Source: a virus (lineage: Duplodnaviria; Caudoviricetes). Taken from it: a stretch of DNA of 64,000 bases. A program made the translations under genes and the position numbers. A model generated the notes under the pieces. That model saw only the letters and a list, made by a program, of their open reading frames with translations, searched no databases and was not told the origin of the DNA. The DNA lies in IMG/VR virus record IMGVR_UViG_3300033074_002135, positions 6,445 to 70,444 of that record; one strand, 5' to 3'. Shown here piece by piece: positions 17,113-26,716 of this stretch; the first letter of the stretch is position 1, and every line of letters begins with the position of its first letter.

Positions 17113-17366
17113 GACGGCCTCGAGGTGCGCTCGGGGTCCACGACGTCGTCCTTGAGCGCCGAGACGCCGGGGTTGCGGCGGCGCTTCTCGGTCAGCATGA
17201 CGTCAACCAAGGCACCGACGCCGAGCGTGGGTAGCGCGACGATGACGATCTCCTTGATGAGCGCTGCGAGCTCCGCGCTCAGGATCTCCTGCTGCGCCAG
17301 AGAGTCGAGCACCGAGAAGGCGACGAGCAAGATGACGCCGACGATGCGTTGGTGGTTCTTCAGCAT
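17109..17366 (-). CDS. Holin-like protein (2 TM)
   Basis: Two hydrophobic segments, basic KRRR C-terminal tail, lysis context. Confidence 0.55.
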   Translation of the reverse strand: MLKNHQRIVGVILLVAFSVLDSLAQQEILSAELAALIKEIVIVALPTLGVGALVDVMLTEKRRRNPGVSALKDDVVDPERTSRPS

Positions 17367-17369
17367 GAC

Positions 17370-17915
17370 TCAACCTCGGTCTGTTCCGGTCCCCATGTTG
17401 GAGACGACGTCCGCCACGATAGCATCGATGTCGCCGGCCGGCGCGCGCTGCGCGAGCGCACGCATGAGACCCTTTTGGATCGCGGCCACGCTGAGCTGTG
17501 TGTGCGTGCTGACGTACGCCTCGAGTACGCCCACGCGGTGCTCGAGGTCCTTCGAGCGCTCGTTGGCGATCGCTTCTCGACGTTCTGCAGCAACGCGGGC
17601 CTGCTCTGCTGCCTCGAGCTTCTGCTGCAGTTCGTTGATCCGAGTCGTGTACTCCTCACGCTCTTTCGCCAGCGCCGCTTCGAGCACGGCCACTCGCGCT
17701 TCGAGCCCGTCGGCTCGCTGCCGCGAAGCGACCGCAAGGGCTTGCCACTGCTCGATGATCTGCACCGTTTGCTGGTGCTGAAGCTGCACCGCGAGCTGTT
17801 CGTTCTTGCGCGTCTCACCCGGCCGGGCGCGCAACCAACGCCAGAGGTGCGGCGCGGCCACAACGCTGAAGCCGCCACCGATCACCGTCAGGATGATCTG
17901 CATCGTGTCCATCAC
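17370..17915 (-). CDS. Single-TM coiled-coil protein (inner spanin-like or lysis accessory)
   Basis: N-terminal TM then a long heptad-rich region. Confidence 0.6.
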   Translation of the reverse strand: MMDTMQIILTVIGGGFSVVAAPHLWRWLRARPGETRKNEQLAVQLQHQQTVQIIEQWQALAVASRQRADGLEARVAVLEAALAKEREEYTTRINELQQKLEAAEQARVAAERREAIANERSKDLEHRVGVLEAYVSTHTQLSVAAIQKGLMRALAQRAPAGDIDAIVADVVSNMGTGTDRG

Positions 17916-18241
17916 CGGCCTCCGCGGATCGCTTGAAGCGCGTCGCGCAGCCTACGGTTCTCCTCTCGATAGCGGTCTCGCTCGGTGCGCAAGAGCTCGA
18001 CCTCTTGCTGCGCGTTCGCCAGCTCGCCTTCGAGGCGTACGTTCTTGGCGACGAGCTCTTTGGCGCTGCCGGTGATCAGATCCATCGCAGCGCCGAAGAC
18101 CTCCGCGAGTGCAGCCTCCTGCTCGGGGCCCTCGGGAAGCTCGGGGATGGCAGCCACTCGAGGGATGACAGAGGACGAAGCTCGCCGCACAGCCGGCGAG
18201 ATCACTCGCGTCACCTGCGTGTCTTCGTCTTCCCGACTCAT
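17912..18241 (-). CDS. Coiled-coil hypothetical protein (109 aa)
   Basis: ATGA/GTGA coupling. Confidence 0.7.
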   Translation of the reverse strand: MSREDEDTQVTRVISPAVRRASSSVIPRVAAIPELPEGPEQEAALAEVFGAAMDLITGSAKELVAKNVRLEGELANAQQEVELLRTERDRYREENRRLRDALQAIRGGR

Positions 18242-18651
18242 GGCGCATACACCGTCCGCTCGAGGATGAACAGCGACGTTGGCACCAGCACGCGACCTGC
18301 GCCAGCCCGCACCATCCAGATGTCGTATTGGTAGTGCCGCGGTTCGAGGTTTTCTGTAGCGCTTGCAGACAGGGTGAAGCGCGCAACGTTCGGGCCGACC
18401 GTCGGCGCGAGCTCTCCTGCGAGTTGCAAGATCGGAAGCCCTCCGCAGTTCGCACGCTCCTTGACCACGAGTGCAAAGGCGTCGCCGGCCTCGAGTACGA
18501 ACGGGATGCCGCCCTCGGTGACGACCGACACCTCGACCGTCGTCGGAACCCGGTGCCTGATCTTGAGCGGCACACGACCATCCAACGGCAGCGCGTTGTA
18601 CGGCCGCGTACCGTCCTCGACGACTCCCGTGAGCTTGACTCGTGCGGTCAT
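18238..18651 (-). CDS. BppU N-terminal-like virion protein
   Basis: ARFTLSASATENLEPRHYQYDIWM pattern. Confidence 0.65.
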   Translation of the reverse strand: MTARVKLTGVVEDGTRPYNALPLDGRVPLKIRHRVPTTVEVSVVTEGGIPFVLEAGDAFALVVKERANCGGLPILQLAGELAPTVGPNVARFTLSASATENLEPRHYQYDIWMVRAGAGRVLVPTSLFILERTVYAP

Positions 18652-18654
18652 GGA

Positions 18655-20286
18655 TCAAGCCCAGAGCAAGGGTGACGCCTTGGTCGCGGGAACCAGCGCG
18701 GTCGGAGCTCCAAGCGCCGTGAGCGAAGCCCCGCCCTTGAAGCTCGCCCAAGTGGTGTCGGGGTTCGCACCACTGACCCGCCACCCATCCGTGAAGGGTG
18801 TGGCGGGATCCACGAGTTGCGCCGCTTCGATGCATGCTTCTGCGTGATCTGCGATCGCAGCCAACGAAAGCGCCGAGGTGACGTACGCAGCTCCGTGGAC
18901 CCTCCCGACGAACGCAGGTCCGACCGCACCTTCACCAGAGGGTCCGACAAGCAGGTTCGATCCTGCGACGTAGGGACCACCGTCTGTGGCTGAGAAATAC
19001 TCCGCCACCTGCGTGCCATTGACGAACAAGGTCAGCCGAAGCTGGTTCCCGACACCGTCATTGAGAACACGCAGGTGCACGACTGCCAGCTTGCGCGTCA
19101 TGACCGGATCTGCATACGCAAGCGTGCGCGGGCCGAAGCCGTTGTCCCGATAGAACGCCCCCCAGCCGGTGCCTGTGCTCCACTGGATCGCCCAGCCGCC
19201 CGCTGGAGATCCTCCATCGGAGCAACCAAAAACCTGAGCCGGCGTCGCAGATACGAAGGCCGAGTTCAACGGCTGCGCGACGACGCACGCGGTGAAGCTC
19301 GTCGCAGCCGCCAGAGGATCTGCACCTCGTGTGTATCCTCTGCGGTTTGCTGCGACGCCTGCGTCTGCGACGAAACCGGTGATGTACTCGATCGTCTGCC
19401 CACCACCGCTCGGGCGCGCGTCGAGCTCCTCCAGCGCGGCCTGCACCTCCGTCGCAGCGAGCCCGGTGCCGGTGTTGTCGAAGGAGACCTCGCTCGCGGG
19501 GTAGTCCAGCAAGCCGCGCACCTCCGTCGGCGTGAGCGCGTCGATGTCGGACCCGCCGCCGGAAAGACGGCCAAGGATCGTGCTGTTCGGAATCTGAAGC
19601 GCGGTTGGTGAGCCCGTGCCGCTCTGCTGCACGAGAAGTGAGTGGGCCGGCGTGTACGCCGAGAGCATCACTGCACCAGCCGCCGCAACCGCAGCAGCGA
19701 CGACCGAGATCTCGCGCCACACCGCAGCACCCGTAGTCGCGTCGAGGCAGGTGTACGCGCGATCGTTGGTCGTGTCGTACCAGCGCGATCCGACACTGTA
19801 GTCCTGCGTGGTGTCGTCGTTGACGGTCGGAGCCGCCGTGGCAGCACGGTTGATCTTGACCGGTGCGTAGTTGCCCGCGCTCACACGCACGAGCTCGGCA
19901 GCGAACGACCCCGAGAAGTCGGAGTCCATCACCGCGCCCGCAGCCTCGACGTTGGCTGCGTCGGTCACGTCTGCGTTCGCCTCGATGCCGTCGAGCTTCG
20001 TGGCTTGGGCGCCGGTCATGAAGCCGGACGAGCCGCCTGCGACGACGGCGGCGTGCAGCGCGCCGCCCGCCTGGTTGCCGTGCGCGTGCGTGTGGTCGCT
20101 GCGAGACGCGGTCGCTGCGGCACCAGCGCTTCCCGCGGCCGCTACGTCAGGCGGTGCTACGACGCCGGCCAGCGCAGTCGCGACGATCTGCGCGGGCGTG
20201 ACCCGCCGAGAGGCTCCGACTTGCGCTACGGCGATCTGTGCGTTGTCGGCGTTGGCTGCGGGTGTGAGGGCTGAGATGCGCGGCAT
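18655..20286 (-). CDS. Tail fibre/receptor-binding protein with C-terminal LamG-like domain
   Basis: MPRISALTPA start, DHTHAH and APTVNDD..YSVGSRWY fibre motifs, LTLFVNGTQVA..FVGRV LamG-like tail. Confidence 0.75.
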   Translation of the reverse strand: MPRISALTPAANADNAQIAVAQVGASRRVTPAQIVATALAGVVAPPDVAAAGSAGAAATASRSDHTHAHGNQAGGALHAAVVAGGSSGFMTGAQATKLDGIEANADVTDAANVEAAGAVMDSDFSGSFAAELVRVSAGNYAPVKINRAATAAPTVNDDTTQDYSVGSRWYDTTNDRAYTCLDATTGAAVWREISVVAAAVAAAGAVMLSAYTPAHSLLVQQSGTGSPTALQIPNSTILGRLSGGGSDIDALTPTEVRGLLDYPASEVSFDNTGTGLAATEVQAALEELDARPSGGGQTIEYITGFVADAGVAANRRGYTRGADPLAAATSFTACVVAQPLNSAFVSATPAQVFGCSDGGSPAGGWAIQWSTGTGWGAFYRDNGFGPRTLAYADPVMTRKLAVVHLRVLNDGVGNQLRLTLFVNGTQVAEYFSATDGGPYVAGSNLLVGPSGEGAVGPAFVGRVHGAAYVTSALSLAAIADHAEACIEAAQLVDPATPFTDGWRVSGANPDTTWASFKGGASLTALGAPTALVPATKASPLLWA

Positions 20287-20289
20287 GAC

Positions 20290-20472
20290 TCACTCCGTCA
20301 AGATCTGCTGGTCGTCCTCCGTCAGCAGGTCGAGATCATCTTCTGTGAGAATGGGTTGATCAGAGGGGATCGGCGGGGTCGCTACGCCGCCAACGAAAAC
20401 CTTGGAATCTGGGTGCAGCCCGGCAAAGCCGAGCGACCGCCGCCGGTCACCTCTCTGCGATGACTTCGACAT
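20290..20472 (-). CDS. Small virion-associated peptide (ILTEDD..LLTED repeats)
   Basis: Acidic LTED repeats of the kind often found just upstream of fibre genes; start uncertain. Confidence 0.45.
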   Translation of the reverse strand: MSKSSQRGDRRRSLGFAGLHPDSKVFVGGVATPPIPSDQPILTEDDLDLLTEDDQQILTE

Positions 20473-20731
20473 CGGTCGGAGACGTCCCGGCGCCGACCGA
20501 CCGAAGCCAGATACGCCGTGCCAGTTGGTTGAAGACGAGGCCCGACGAGGGGCCTTGGTAGAGCAGGCGTGCGTGGACGGTGACCCCGTCAAACGAGACC
20601 TCGACCGCGTCACCGTCTTGGTCTTGGTTGATGACCATGATGCTGCGCGGCTCGAATGGGATCTCGACCTGCGGGGTTGTCGGGAACGCTGTGACGTTGT
20701 AGACGTTCACGCTCTGTCGATGGATCGACAT
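20447..20731 (-). CDS. Hypothetical virion protein (94 aa)
   Basis: GGAGGAG RBS, TAATG overlap. Confidence 0.7.
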   Translation of the reverse strand: MSIHRQSVNVYNVTAFPTTPQVEIPFEPRSIMVINQDQDGDAVEVSFDGVTVHARLLYQGPSSGLVFNQLARRIWLRSVGAGTSPTDVEVIAER

Positions 20732-21546
20732 TAGTTCTCTCCTCCGAGGCCGTTGAACCAGACGTCGGCCACATCGGCGGATACTACGCGAAGAACCCGC
20801 CCGACGCATCGGGTGTTGGTGCCTGGCGTGATGGTGAGGTTGATCGCGTCCGAGACGTACACGGGATCGCCTACCGACGCACCCGTGACCGGAACGTTCT
20901 GCAGCAGCCCGAAGATACGGAAGTACGCGAGCTTCCCGCTCGAGAGGCTGCCGCCTTCGACCGCTGCGATGGGCACCGCGATCGGAAGCCGCACCACGTC
21001 CGCAGCGGTCGCGGCGATGAAGCCGAACTGCGCGAGGCGCTCTTCGCCCGGCAAGCCGGTCTTGATGAGGGCGGTCCCCTCGGCGACGCACGTGTCGCCG
21101 TAGGACATGATTGCCTCATTGATCAAACCGACCACGATGCCAGGGTCGGCCTTCATGTCGATGAGGCGCAGCAGGAGCGCGTTGACACCGTTGGCCTTCG
21201 CCCAGCCGCTCGCACCGTTCTCGTCAGCCTCCCCAGCCGCCGGGATGCGGTCGCGCGTCTTCAAGTGGCGCACCGCCGCGACCACGCGGTCGCGCTGCTC
21301 GCTCGGAAGCCCGAGGTTGACGATCAGCTCGATGAGGTAGGTGCCCTCCTTCCGTGGTGTGAAGGTTGGGTTCACGATCGACGTGGAGCTGAGCGTGTCT
21401 GCGGCGCCCTCTGGTTGGTCGAGGATCGTCCACTGAAACGTGACCTCGCCGCCGATGCTGTCGTTGTTGAGCTGGACGAGCGTATCGATCGGAAGGTCGT
21501 CGTCCGACCCAGCGACCGCGTTGATTGTGATCTGCGCTTGCGGCAT
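20731..21546 (-). CDS. Tail protein with PKD/REJ-like Ig domain
   Basis: TFQWTILDQPEG..LSSTSIVNPTFTP..EGTYLIELIV. Confidence 0.7.
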   Translation of the reverse strand: MPQAQITINAVAGSDDDLPIDTLVQLNNDSIGGEVTFQWTILDQPEGAADTLSSTSIVNPTFTPRKEGTYLIELIVNLGLPSEQRDRVVAAVRHLKTRDRIPAAGEADENGASGWAKANGVNALLLRLIDMKADPGIVVGLINEAIMSYGDTCVAEGTALIKTGLPGEERLAQFGFIAATAADVVRLPIAVPIAAVEGGSLSSGKLAYFRIFGLLQNVPVTGASVGDPVYVSDAINLTITPGTNTRCVGRVLRVVSADVADVWFNGLGGEN

Positions 21547-21547
21547 C

Positions 21548-22975
21548 TCAGAACTCCCAGCCCATGACCTCGAGGGTCAGCGCCGTTGCGGTTGCGAGCT
21601 GCACGTGCACCGTGCAGATGTCGCCGCCCTGTTGCGTCGCCGGCACGGTGACTCGCGTCGAGACCTCCGGCGTCGTCGTTCCGTTGACTGGGACGAGCTC
21701 GAAGGCGTTGGCGAACGAGCTCGTTGCGCCCGGCTCGGTGACCGCGAGCGAGCCTGCGCCGCCGCCGCTCAGCGTCGCGTTGAGCCTGCAGTCGATGATC
21801 TTCGCGTTCGCGGGCACATCGCCCGCGAACGTCAAGCTCGGGATCGCCCCCGACGGCGTGGTCGCCAAGCGGTAGACCGCGACGCGTCGGCCGACCTGTG
21901 ACATCGGATACCAGCCGGTTCCGTTGGATCGCAGCACACCGATGCACACCGCAGATCCCTGCCCGATGCTTCCGCCCGCTACGCCGACGACCGCGATGGC
22001 GGCCGAGTTCACGTTGTCGAGCGACGGTGCAACGTCGGAAACGACCAAGAAGCCGCGGTGCGCCACGCCCGTGTACCGGTTGGAGACGGGGTGCGGGCCG
22101 TGCGCGAGATAGAGGTACTTCACCGCGTTGGCTGCGCCGGGGAACGTGATACCGGTCTGTCGATCGAAGAGGCTGACGTCGACGAAGCCGTCGCTCTTCG
22201 CCACGACGACGCGCCCAGAGCTGTCCCTGACGACCATGTCGAAGCGGATGAGCAGCGAGTTGTCGCCGGGGATCCGCGACTGCGTCGCGAGGTAGGACCG
22301 GGTGAACTCGACCGAGCGCGTGACCGGCGAGAGTTCGCCGATGGCTACCTTCGAGGCAAAGTCGAAGAGCGGACGCGCGTCCTGCACATGGCTGGTGAGC
22401 ACGTTGCCGCCCGCGGCAGGGCGGAAGATCACAGCGAGAGGGATCCAACCAACCATCGTCGCGGGTGCCGCGTTGACCGTGCCGGCGCGCCACTGAAACT
22501 CGAGCCTGCGCTCGTGCAGCTTCGGAACGACGGTCGCGACGAAGTTGCCGCTCACCGGGTCGAGTACGTCGCGAGTCGGTGAGGTCACCACGACCTCAGT
22601 CATGCGGGCTTCGAGCAGGTAGTACGTGTCGGCGCCGGGCGTCGGGGCAGGTTCGAGCACTACCGATCGCTGAATGGCGAGCCGGCTGTTCGAGTCCAGC
22701 GGCCCTGGCGCTGGCAGCAGCGCCGCGTTGTTCTGCAGCAGCACGCCGGGAGAGATCGAAGCGTTGGCGCCCGAGCCCGACACCGTGAGCCCGCCGAGCA
22801 CGTAGCCCTCGGGACCGCTGGTCTCGAGCGGGTTCGTCAGGCTGATCCGCTCGTTGTAGAGGATGTACTGCAGCACTTCGACCAGGCTGCGTCCGGTGAG
22901 CGCCTGGATGTCGTTGATGTCCGTGGAGAGCGGCTTCTCGCGCACGGTGATGAGGTTGTGGTCGGTGCTCGCCAT
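21548..22975 (-). CDS. Tail fibre/baseplate-distal protein (475 aa)
   Basis: Position after baseplate wedge; beta-rich composition. Confidence 0.65.
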   Translation of the reverse strand: MASTDHNLITVREKPLSTDINDIQALTGRSLVEVLQYILYNERISLTNPLETSGPEGYVLGGLTVSGSGANASISPGVLLQNNAALLPAPGPLDSNSRLAIQRSVVLEPAPTPGADTYYLLEARMTEVVVTSPTRDVLDPVSGNFVATVVPKLHERRLEFQWRAGTVNAAPATMVGWIPLAVIFRPAAGGNVLTSHVQDARPLFDFASKVAIGELSPVTRSVEFTRSYLATQSRIPGDNSLLIRFDMVVRDSSGRVVVAKSDGFVDVSLFDRQTGITFPGAANAVKYLYLAHGPHPVSNRYTGVAHRGFLVVSDVAPSLDNVNSAAIAVVGVAGGSIGQGSAVCIGVLRSNGTGWYPMSQVGRRVAVYRLATTPSGAIPSLTFAGDVPANAKIIDCRLNATLSGGGAGSLAVTEPGATSSFANAFELVPVNGTTTPEVSTRVTVPATQQGGDICTVHVQLATATALTLEVMGWEF

Positions 22976-22981
22976 CTGAGA

Positions 22982-24286
22982 TCACTCCCGCGTCGTTTCG
23001 ATGATGCCGGCGACGCCAGCCGCTTTGATCCGTTGAACGTCCGCGTAAACCGCAGCGTACAATGCAGCCCTCTCGATGTCGAAACCATCGTAGGCCGCTG
23101 TCATGATGATCGCGTCGTCTTCGTTGGTGATGTCGTACGCGGGTGTCCCGCGCCGCACGCCCGTGCTGGGGTCGAGGAAGTCGCTCGGCCGCGTGCCGGG
23201 GTCGTCGTACGCGAGACCGACGTCGAGGAGCGTGACGTCTCGTGGCAGCACGACGAGAAACGCACCTCTGAACTCGACGTCGTCGAGCCATCGGTTGCGG
23301 AAGTCCTCGGGGCGGTCCACCGGCCGTGGGTCGTCGTACACGAAGACCGTGTCGTCGTAGAGCGGGGAGAGCGGCGGCGACCCGCCGTCGTACGTAGGTG
23401 TTCCGGGGTTGGGGCTCGGCGCATCCCAGCACTCTTGGTACCGATGCTCGAACGTCTCGATGAACGCGAAGTCGATCGGTACCCGCGCGGTTGAGAGGAT
23501 GCGCGTGACCGTTCGACGGATCGCGGCAGGACTCACAACGTCGGGGAAGGACCTGATGCGCGTCCGATACGAGGTGTCGCCTTCGCCGCGCGCTCTGAAG
23601 ATGCCGCGGTTGTCGCCGAGCCCGTCGAGGTCTGCGGTCTTTCCGTTCTGAGTCGGCCACGCCGTCTGCGTGACGACCAAGTCGTCGAGCACGAACGCGG
23701 GATCAGTGTAGAGCGTGACGATCGTGTCGATCTCACCTTCGAGCGTCTCTCCTCGAGGAGTGATCACTGCGCCTTCGACGTTGTACTCGTAGCCGTCGTC
23801 GAGAGCCTCCACGACTGCCCCGACCGACACGTCCCCCGAGCCAAGCGTCGCGTCGTTGAGCACGCGGAAGCGGCGCCCGTGCCTCGACGTCGCGACGATG
23901 GTGCCAGCTCGAATCGTGACCGTCGTAGCGGTCGGTGCAGCGGGGCCGCGCGTGAACGCGACGGGGACTTGCGCACGCACCGGCCCCTCCGCGAAGACGA
24001 TGAACGATCCACACTCGAGGCGCTCGATGGCGAGCGAGACGCGCTCTCCGATCTTTGCGAGAGCCTGGAGGAGCTCGTACCCGCTGTTCGGGTTCAGGAT
24101 CAGCGGGGTGATGTACTCGGGCGGCAGGATGCGCTCGAACAGCGCGAGGAAGTGGGCTTGATCGTAGCTCACCCCGTTGCACGCCAAGAGCTCTCCGCCG
24201 GTTGCGAAGGACGGCAGCGCACTACCTACAGGCGCGGGGCCTGCGGGCGCGGGGCTGAGCAAGGTGAACGAGAACGAGATGGTCAT
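22982..24286 (-). CDS. Second baseplate wedge (J-like/gp47-like) protein
   Basis: VAFTR..TVTIRAGTIVAT..RFRV..VEA..GYEYN; YRTRI; GGAGGAG RBS before ATG 24286. Confidence 0.75.
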   Translation of the reverse strand: MTISFSFTLLSPAPAGPAPVGSALPSFATGGELLACNGVSYDQAHFLALFERILPPEYITPLILNPNSGYELLQALAKIGERVSLAIERLECGSFIVFAEGPVRAQVPVAFTRGPAAPTATTVTIRAGTIVATSRHGRRFRVLNDATLGSGDVSVGAVVEALDDGYEYNVEGAVITPRGETLEGEIDTIVTLYTDPAFVLDDLVVTQTAWPTQNGKTADLDGLGDNRGIFRARGEGDTSYRTRIRSFPDVVSPAAIRRTVTRILSTARVPIDFAFIETFEHRYQECWDAPSPNPGTPTYDGGSPPLSPLYDDTVFVYDDPRPVDRPEDFRNRWLDDVEFRGAFLVVLPRDVTLLDVGLAYDDPGTRPSDFLDPSTGVRRGTPAYDITNEDDAIIMTAAYDGFDIERAALYAAVYADVQRIKAAGVAGIIETTRE

Positions 24287-24729
24287 GTCGCCTCTCCTCC
24301 TGCGCTGACCGCGAAGACACGAAGGACGGGCGCTTCGGGCCACGCCGGGACTCGCCGAACAGAGAACGTCTGCAGCGTTCCCGCGACTTCGCGCGAGGAC
24401 CCGTTCGCGTATGCGGGAGTAAACGCGGCGCCGTCCCAGATCACTTCCTCGAGCTGCAGCCCTGCGTAGTAGACCCAGATGATCGTTTTGATGGTTGCGC
24501 CGGTCACCGTGAACCGCAGCGGCGTCTCGAGCTCGAGGCTCTGCGGCACGGGACCCAACAACGCGACGACGGGTGCCGGGTCTGGTGGTACCGGCGGGGG
24601 CAGCACCGCCGTCTCCAGGCCGGTTACAGCAGGGTCGTAGATCGCGCCAGCGGTGTAGTCGGTGAAGGCGACCGCCTCCATCGCCCGGATCTCTGGATCG
24701 TACACCAGCCCGCTCGGGTAATCAGGCAT
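24283..24729 (-). CDS. Hypothetical virion protein (148 aa)
   Basis: ATG 24729 overlapping upstream stop; Pro-rich linker then beta domain. Confidence 0.65.
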   Translation of the reverse strand: MPDYPSGLVYDPEIRAMEAVAFTDYTAGAIYDPAVTGLETAVLPPPVPPDPAPVVALLGPVPQSLELETPLRFTVTGATIKTIIWVYYAGLQLEEVIWDGAAFTPAYANGSSREVAGTLQTFSVRRVPAWPEAPVLRVFAVSAGGEAT

Positions 24730-25717
24730 AGAGGATCGGCTCCCCAGCAGGCCACGGCAGCGTGATGTTCCCCAGCACGAAGCGCGGCTCGGGTTGGTCC
24801 GCATCGTACAGAAACGGCCACTCACGGAAGCCGGTCGGCTTCCAACGAACGTAGCGTCCCGTGCCTTTGAATCCACCCGATCCGGGATACTGGATGTTGT
24901 TCCAACCCCAGCAGATGTCGATCTCGTACTCTTTGCCCGATCGCGTAGTTACGAGCCCCTGGCTGCTCGGAGGTACGAGGTTGGTTGACCCCATGCTGGG
25001 TCGGTACATCTCACCTGCGTTGCAAGCCCGGTACACCTCAGAGCCGGTCCCCTTCCCGTACCAGGCTGAGGGCGACCCATTGATCGAAGTCGAGCTGGAA
25101 GTGGGTTGGTTGTTGAGGTTCATCGGTGCCATGACGACACAAGGATCTGGGTCTGCGGGATTCCCGTCCTTCACCGGCTCCAGCGCGAACAAACCGGGAT
25201 AGGACGAACCCGACGGTGACATGAAAAACCAGAACCCGTAGACGCCCGCGTCGGCGGCGTTCTGTGCAATCGCGTTGATCGAGAACACCGATGCCGGGCT
25301 GACCGCGAAGAATGTGGTGTAACCGCCCCCCGTACCGAGGATCTGCTGCTGGTCGGCGGCTGACGGGGGGACCGTCGCAGAGATCGCACCGAACCCAGAT
25401 CCCGTGAACTCTGCGCTCTGCGAGTAGTACACGCGCCATGAGGTGTCGGTCGTACTACGCTGGAGCAGGAAGGACCGCCCACCTGCGCCGGACGGATCAC
25501 GGATCACGAACCACGCATAGTTCGTGGTCAGCATGGCCGCAGAAGTGAGTAGGTCGGACGTCCCGAACGTCCCTGCCGTGCCGGTGCCGCTGTACGTGAC
25601 GACCCAACCTGCTTGCTTGAGCACCTCTTTGAAGGCCCAGATGGCTGAGGCGTAGTTGGTACACCGGCGGTTGATGCCGGCAGATGCGTCAGCGGCCAAG
25701 TGATAGATCAGAGCCAT
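24722..25717 (-). CDS. Tail-tip/virion protein, paralogue A (331 aa)
   Basis: LKQAGWVVTYSG..AWFVIRDPSG..; similar to 25727..26707. Confidence 0.7.
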   Translation of the reverse strand: MALIYHLAADASAGINRRCTNYASAIWAFKEVLKQAGWVVTYSGTGTAGTFGTSDLLTSAAMLTTNYAWFVIRDPSGAGGRSFLLQRSTTDTSWRVYYSQSAEFTGSGFGAISATVPPSAADQQQILGTGGGYTTFFAVSPASVFSINAIAQNAADAGVYGFWFFMSPSGSSYPGLFALEPVKDGNPADPDPCVVMAPMNLNNQPTSSSTSINGSPSAWYGKGTGSEVYRACNAGEMYRPSMGSTNLVPPSSQGLVTTRSGKEYEIDICWGWNNIQYPGSGGFKGTGRYVRWKPTGFREWPFLYDADQPEPRFVLGNITLPWPAGEPILYA

Positions 25718-25726
25718 TGTTCTTCC

Positions 25727-26707
25727 TCACGCAGTACTCGGCGGGGTGCCGTCTTCGTACGGCACCAGCAGCACACCGGCGATGTAGGCGTAACAGTTGG
25801 TCGCGAGATCGAGCGTGTTGCCGTAGTTTCGCGCGACGCCAGGGAAGCGCAGCTTCCGAAGCTTCCCCATGAAACCGGGGCGCTCGTTCGTCATTCCGCG
25901 GTACCGATAGACCACGGGGACCGCAATCGGGTCACTCCCGTCGAACGGATCTGGAGAGCAGCCCCCAGGAAACGTCCCACCTGACCCTCCTTGACGTACG
26001 ACCGCAACGCCGACCTCCGTCCAGAGCTCATCGGCTTCACCGGAGTAGACCCACATCCGGTTGGTGTTGAGGAAGTAGTTGGTTCCTCCCGCAGTGGCCG
26101 TGCCGTAGTCCGTGAAGAAGATGCACGGGTCATCCCCCGAGTTTCGATCATCGCCGTAGAGCCCGTCGCAGTAGAGCCCGTACGAACCAGCACCGGACCC
26201 GCTCGCGGGCGTCGCGAACAGGAAGAAGGTGTACACCCCCTCCGGGGTGGGATCGTCGAATGCGATGCAGTGCATCCGCACCGGCATCGTTGGGTATTCC
26301 GAGTATTGATCGGCGCCAGCCGCTTGCCCTTCTGACGCGTACCCCTTCACGATGCGTTGATCAGAAGCAACCGGCTTGACTGTCGCGCTTCCACCCGAGG
26401 AGAAGCGCCCGGCCTTGCTGTACCAGATGTAGGTGTTCGACGCATTGACCATGCGGATCAGAATCTCGCGCAAGCCGTCTGGGTCTTGCAGCCGCATCCA
26501 CGCGTTCGCGTTGTTGAAGCCGCCCGCGCCCGCGCCGGAGCTCGAGAGCACGTCGAACGGGCCCGCGGTCTGTCCTGCATTCGCCCAGGTGGTTCCGTCG
26601 CTTGATCCCTGCACCGTCCAGCCGGCCGCGAGAAGGGTGGTGCGTAGAAGCCACCATCCTTCGGCCATCGTCGTGACGGCAACGTTGACGTTTGAAACCT
26701 TCGGCAT
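25727..26707 (-). CDS. Tail-tip/virion protein, paralogue B (326 aa)
   Basis: LLAAGWTVQGS..AWMRLQDPDG..; GAGGT RBS. Confidence 0.7.
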   Translation of the reverse strand: MPKVSNVNVAVTTMAEGWWLLRTTLLAAGWTVQGSSDGTTWANAGQTAGPFDVLSSSGAGAGGFNNANAWMRLQDPDGLREILIRMVNASNTYIWYSKAGRFSSGGSATVKPVASDQRIVKGYASEGQAAGADQYSEYPTMPVRMHCIAFDDPTPEGVYTFFLFATPASGSGAGSYGLYCDGLYGDDRNSGDDPCIFFTDYGTATAGGTNYFLNTNRMWVYSGEADELWTEVGVAVVRQGGSGGTFPGGCSPDPFDGSDPIAVPVVYRYRGMTNERPGFMGKLRKLRFPGVARNYGNTLDLATNCYAYIAGVLLVPYEDGTPPSTA

Positions 26708-26716
26708 GGTCCTACC

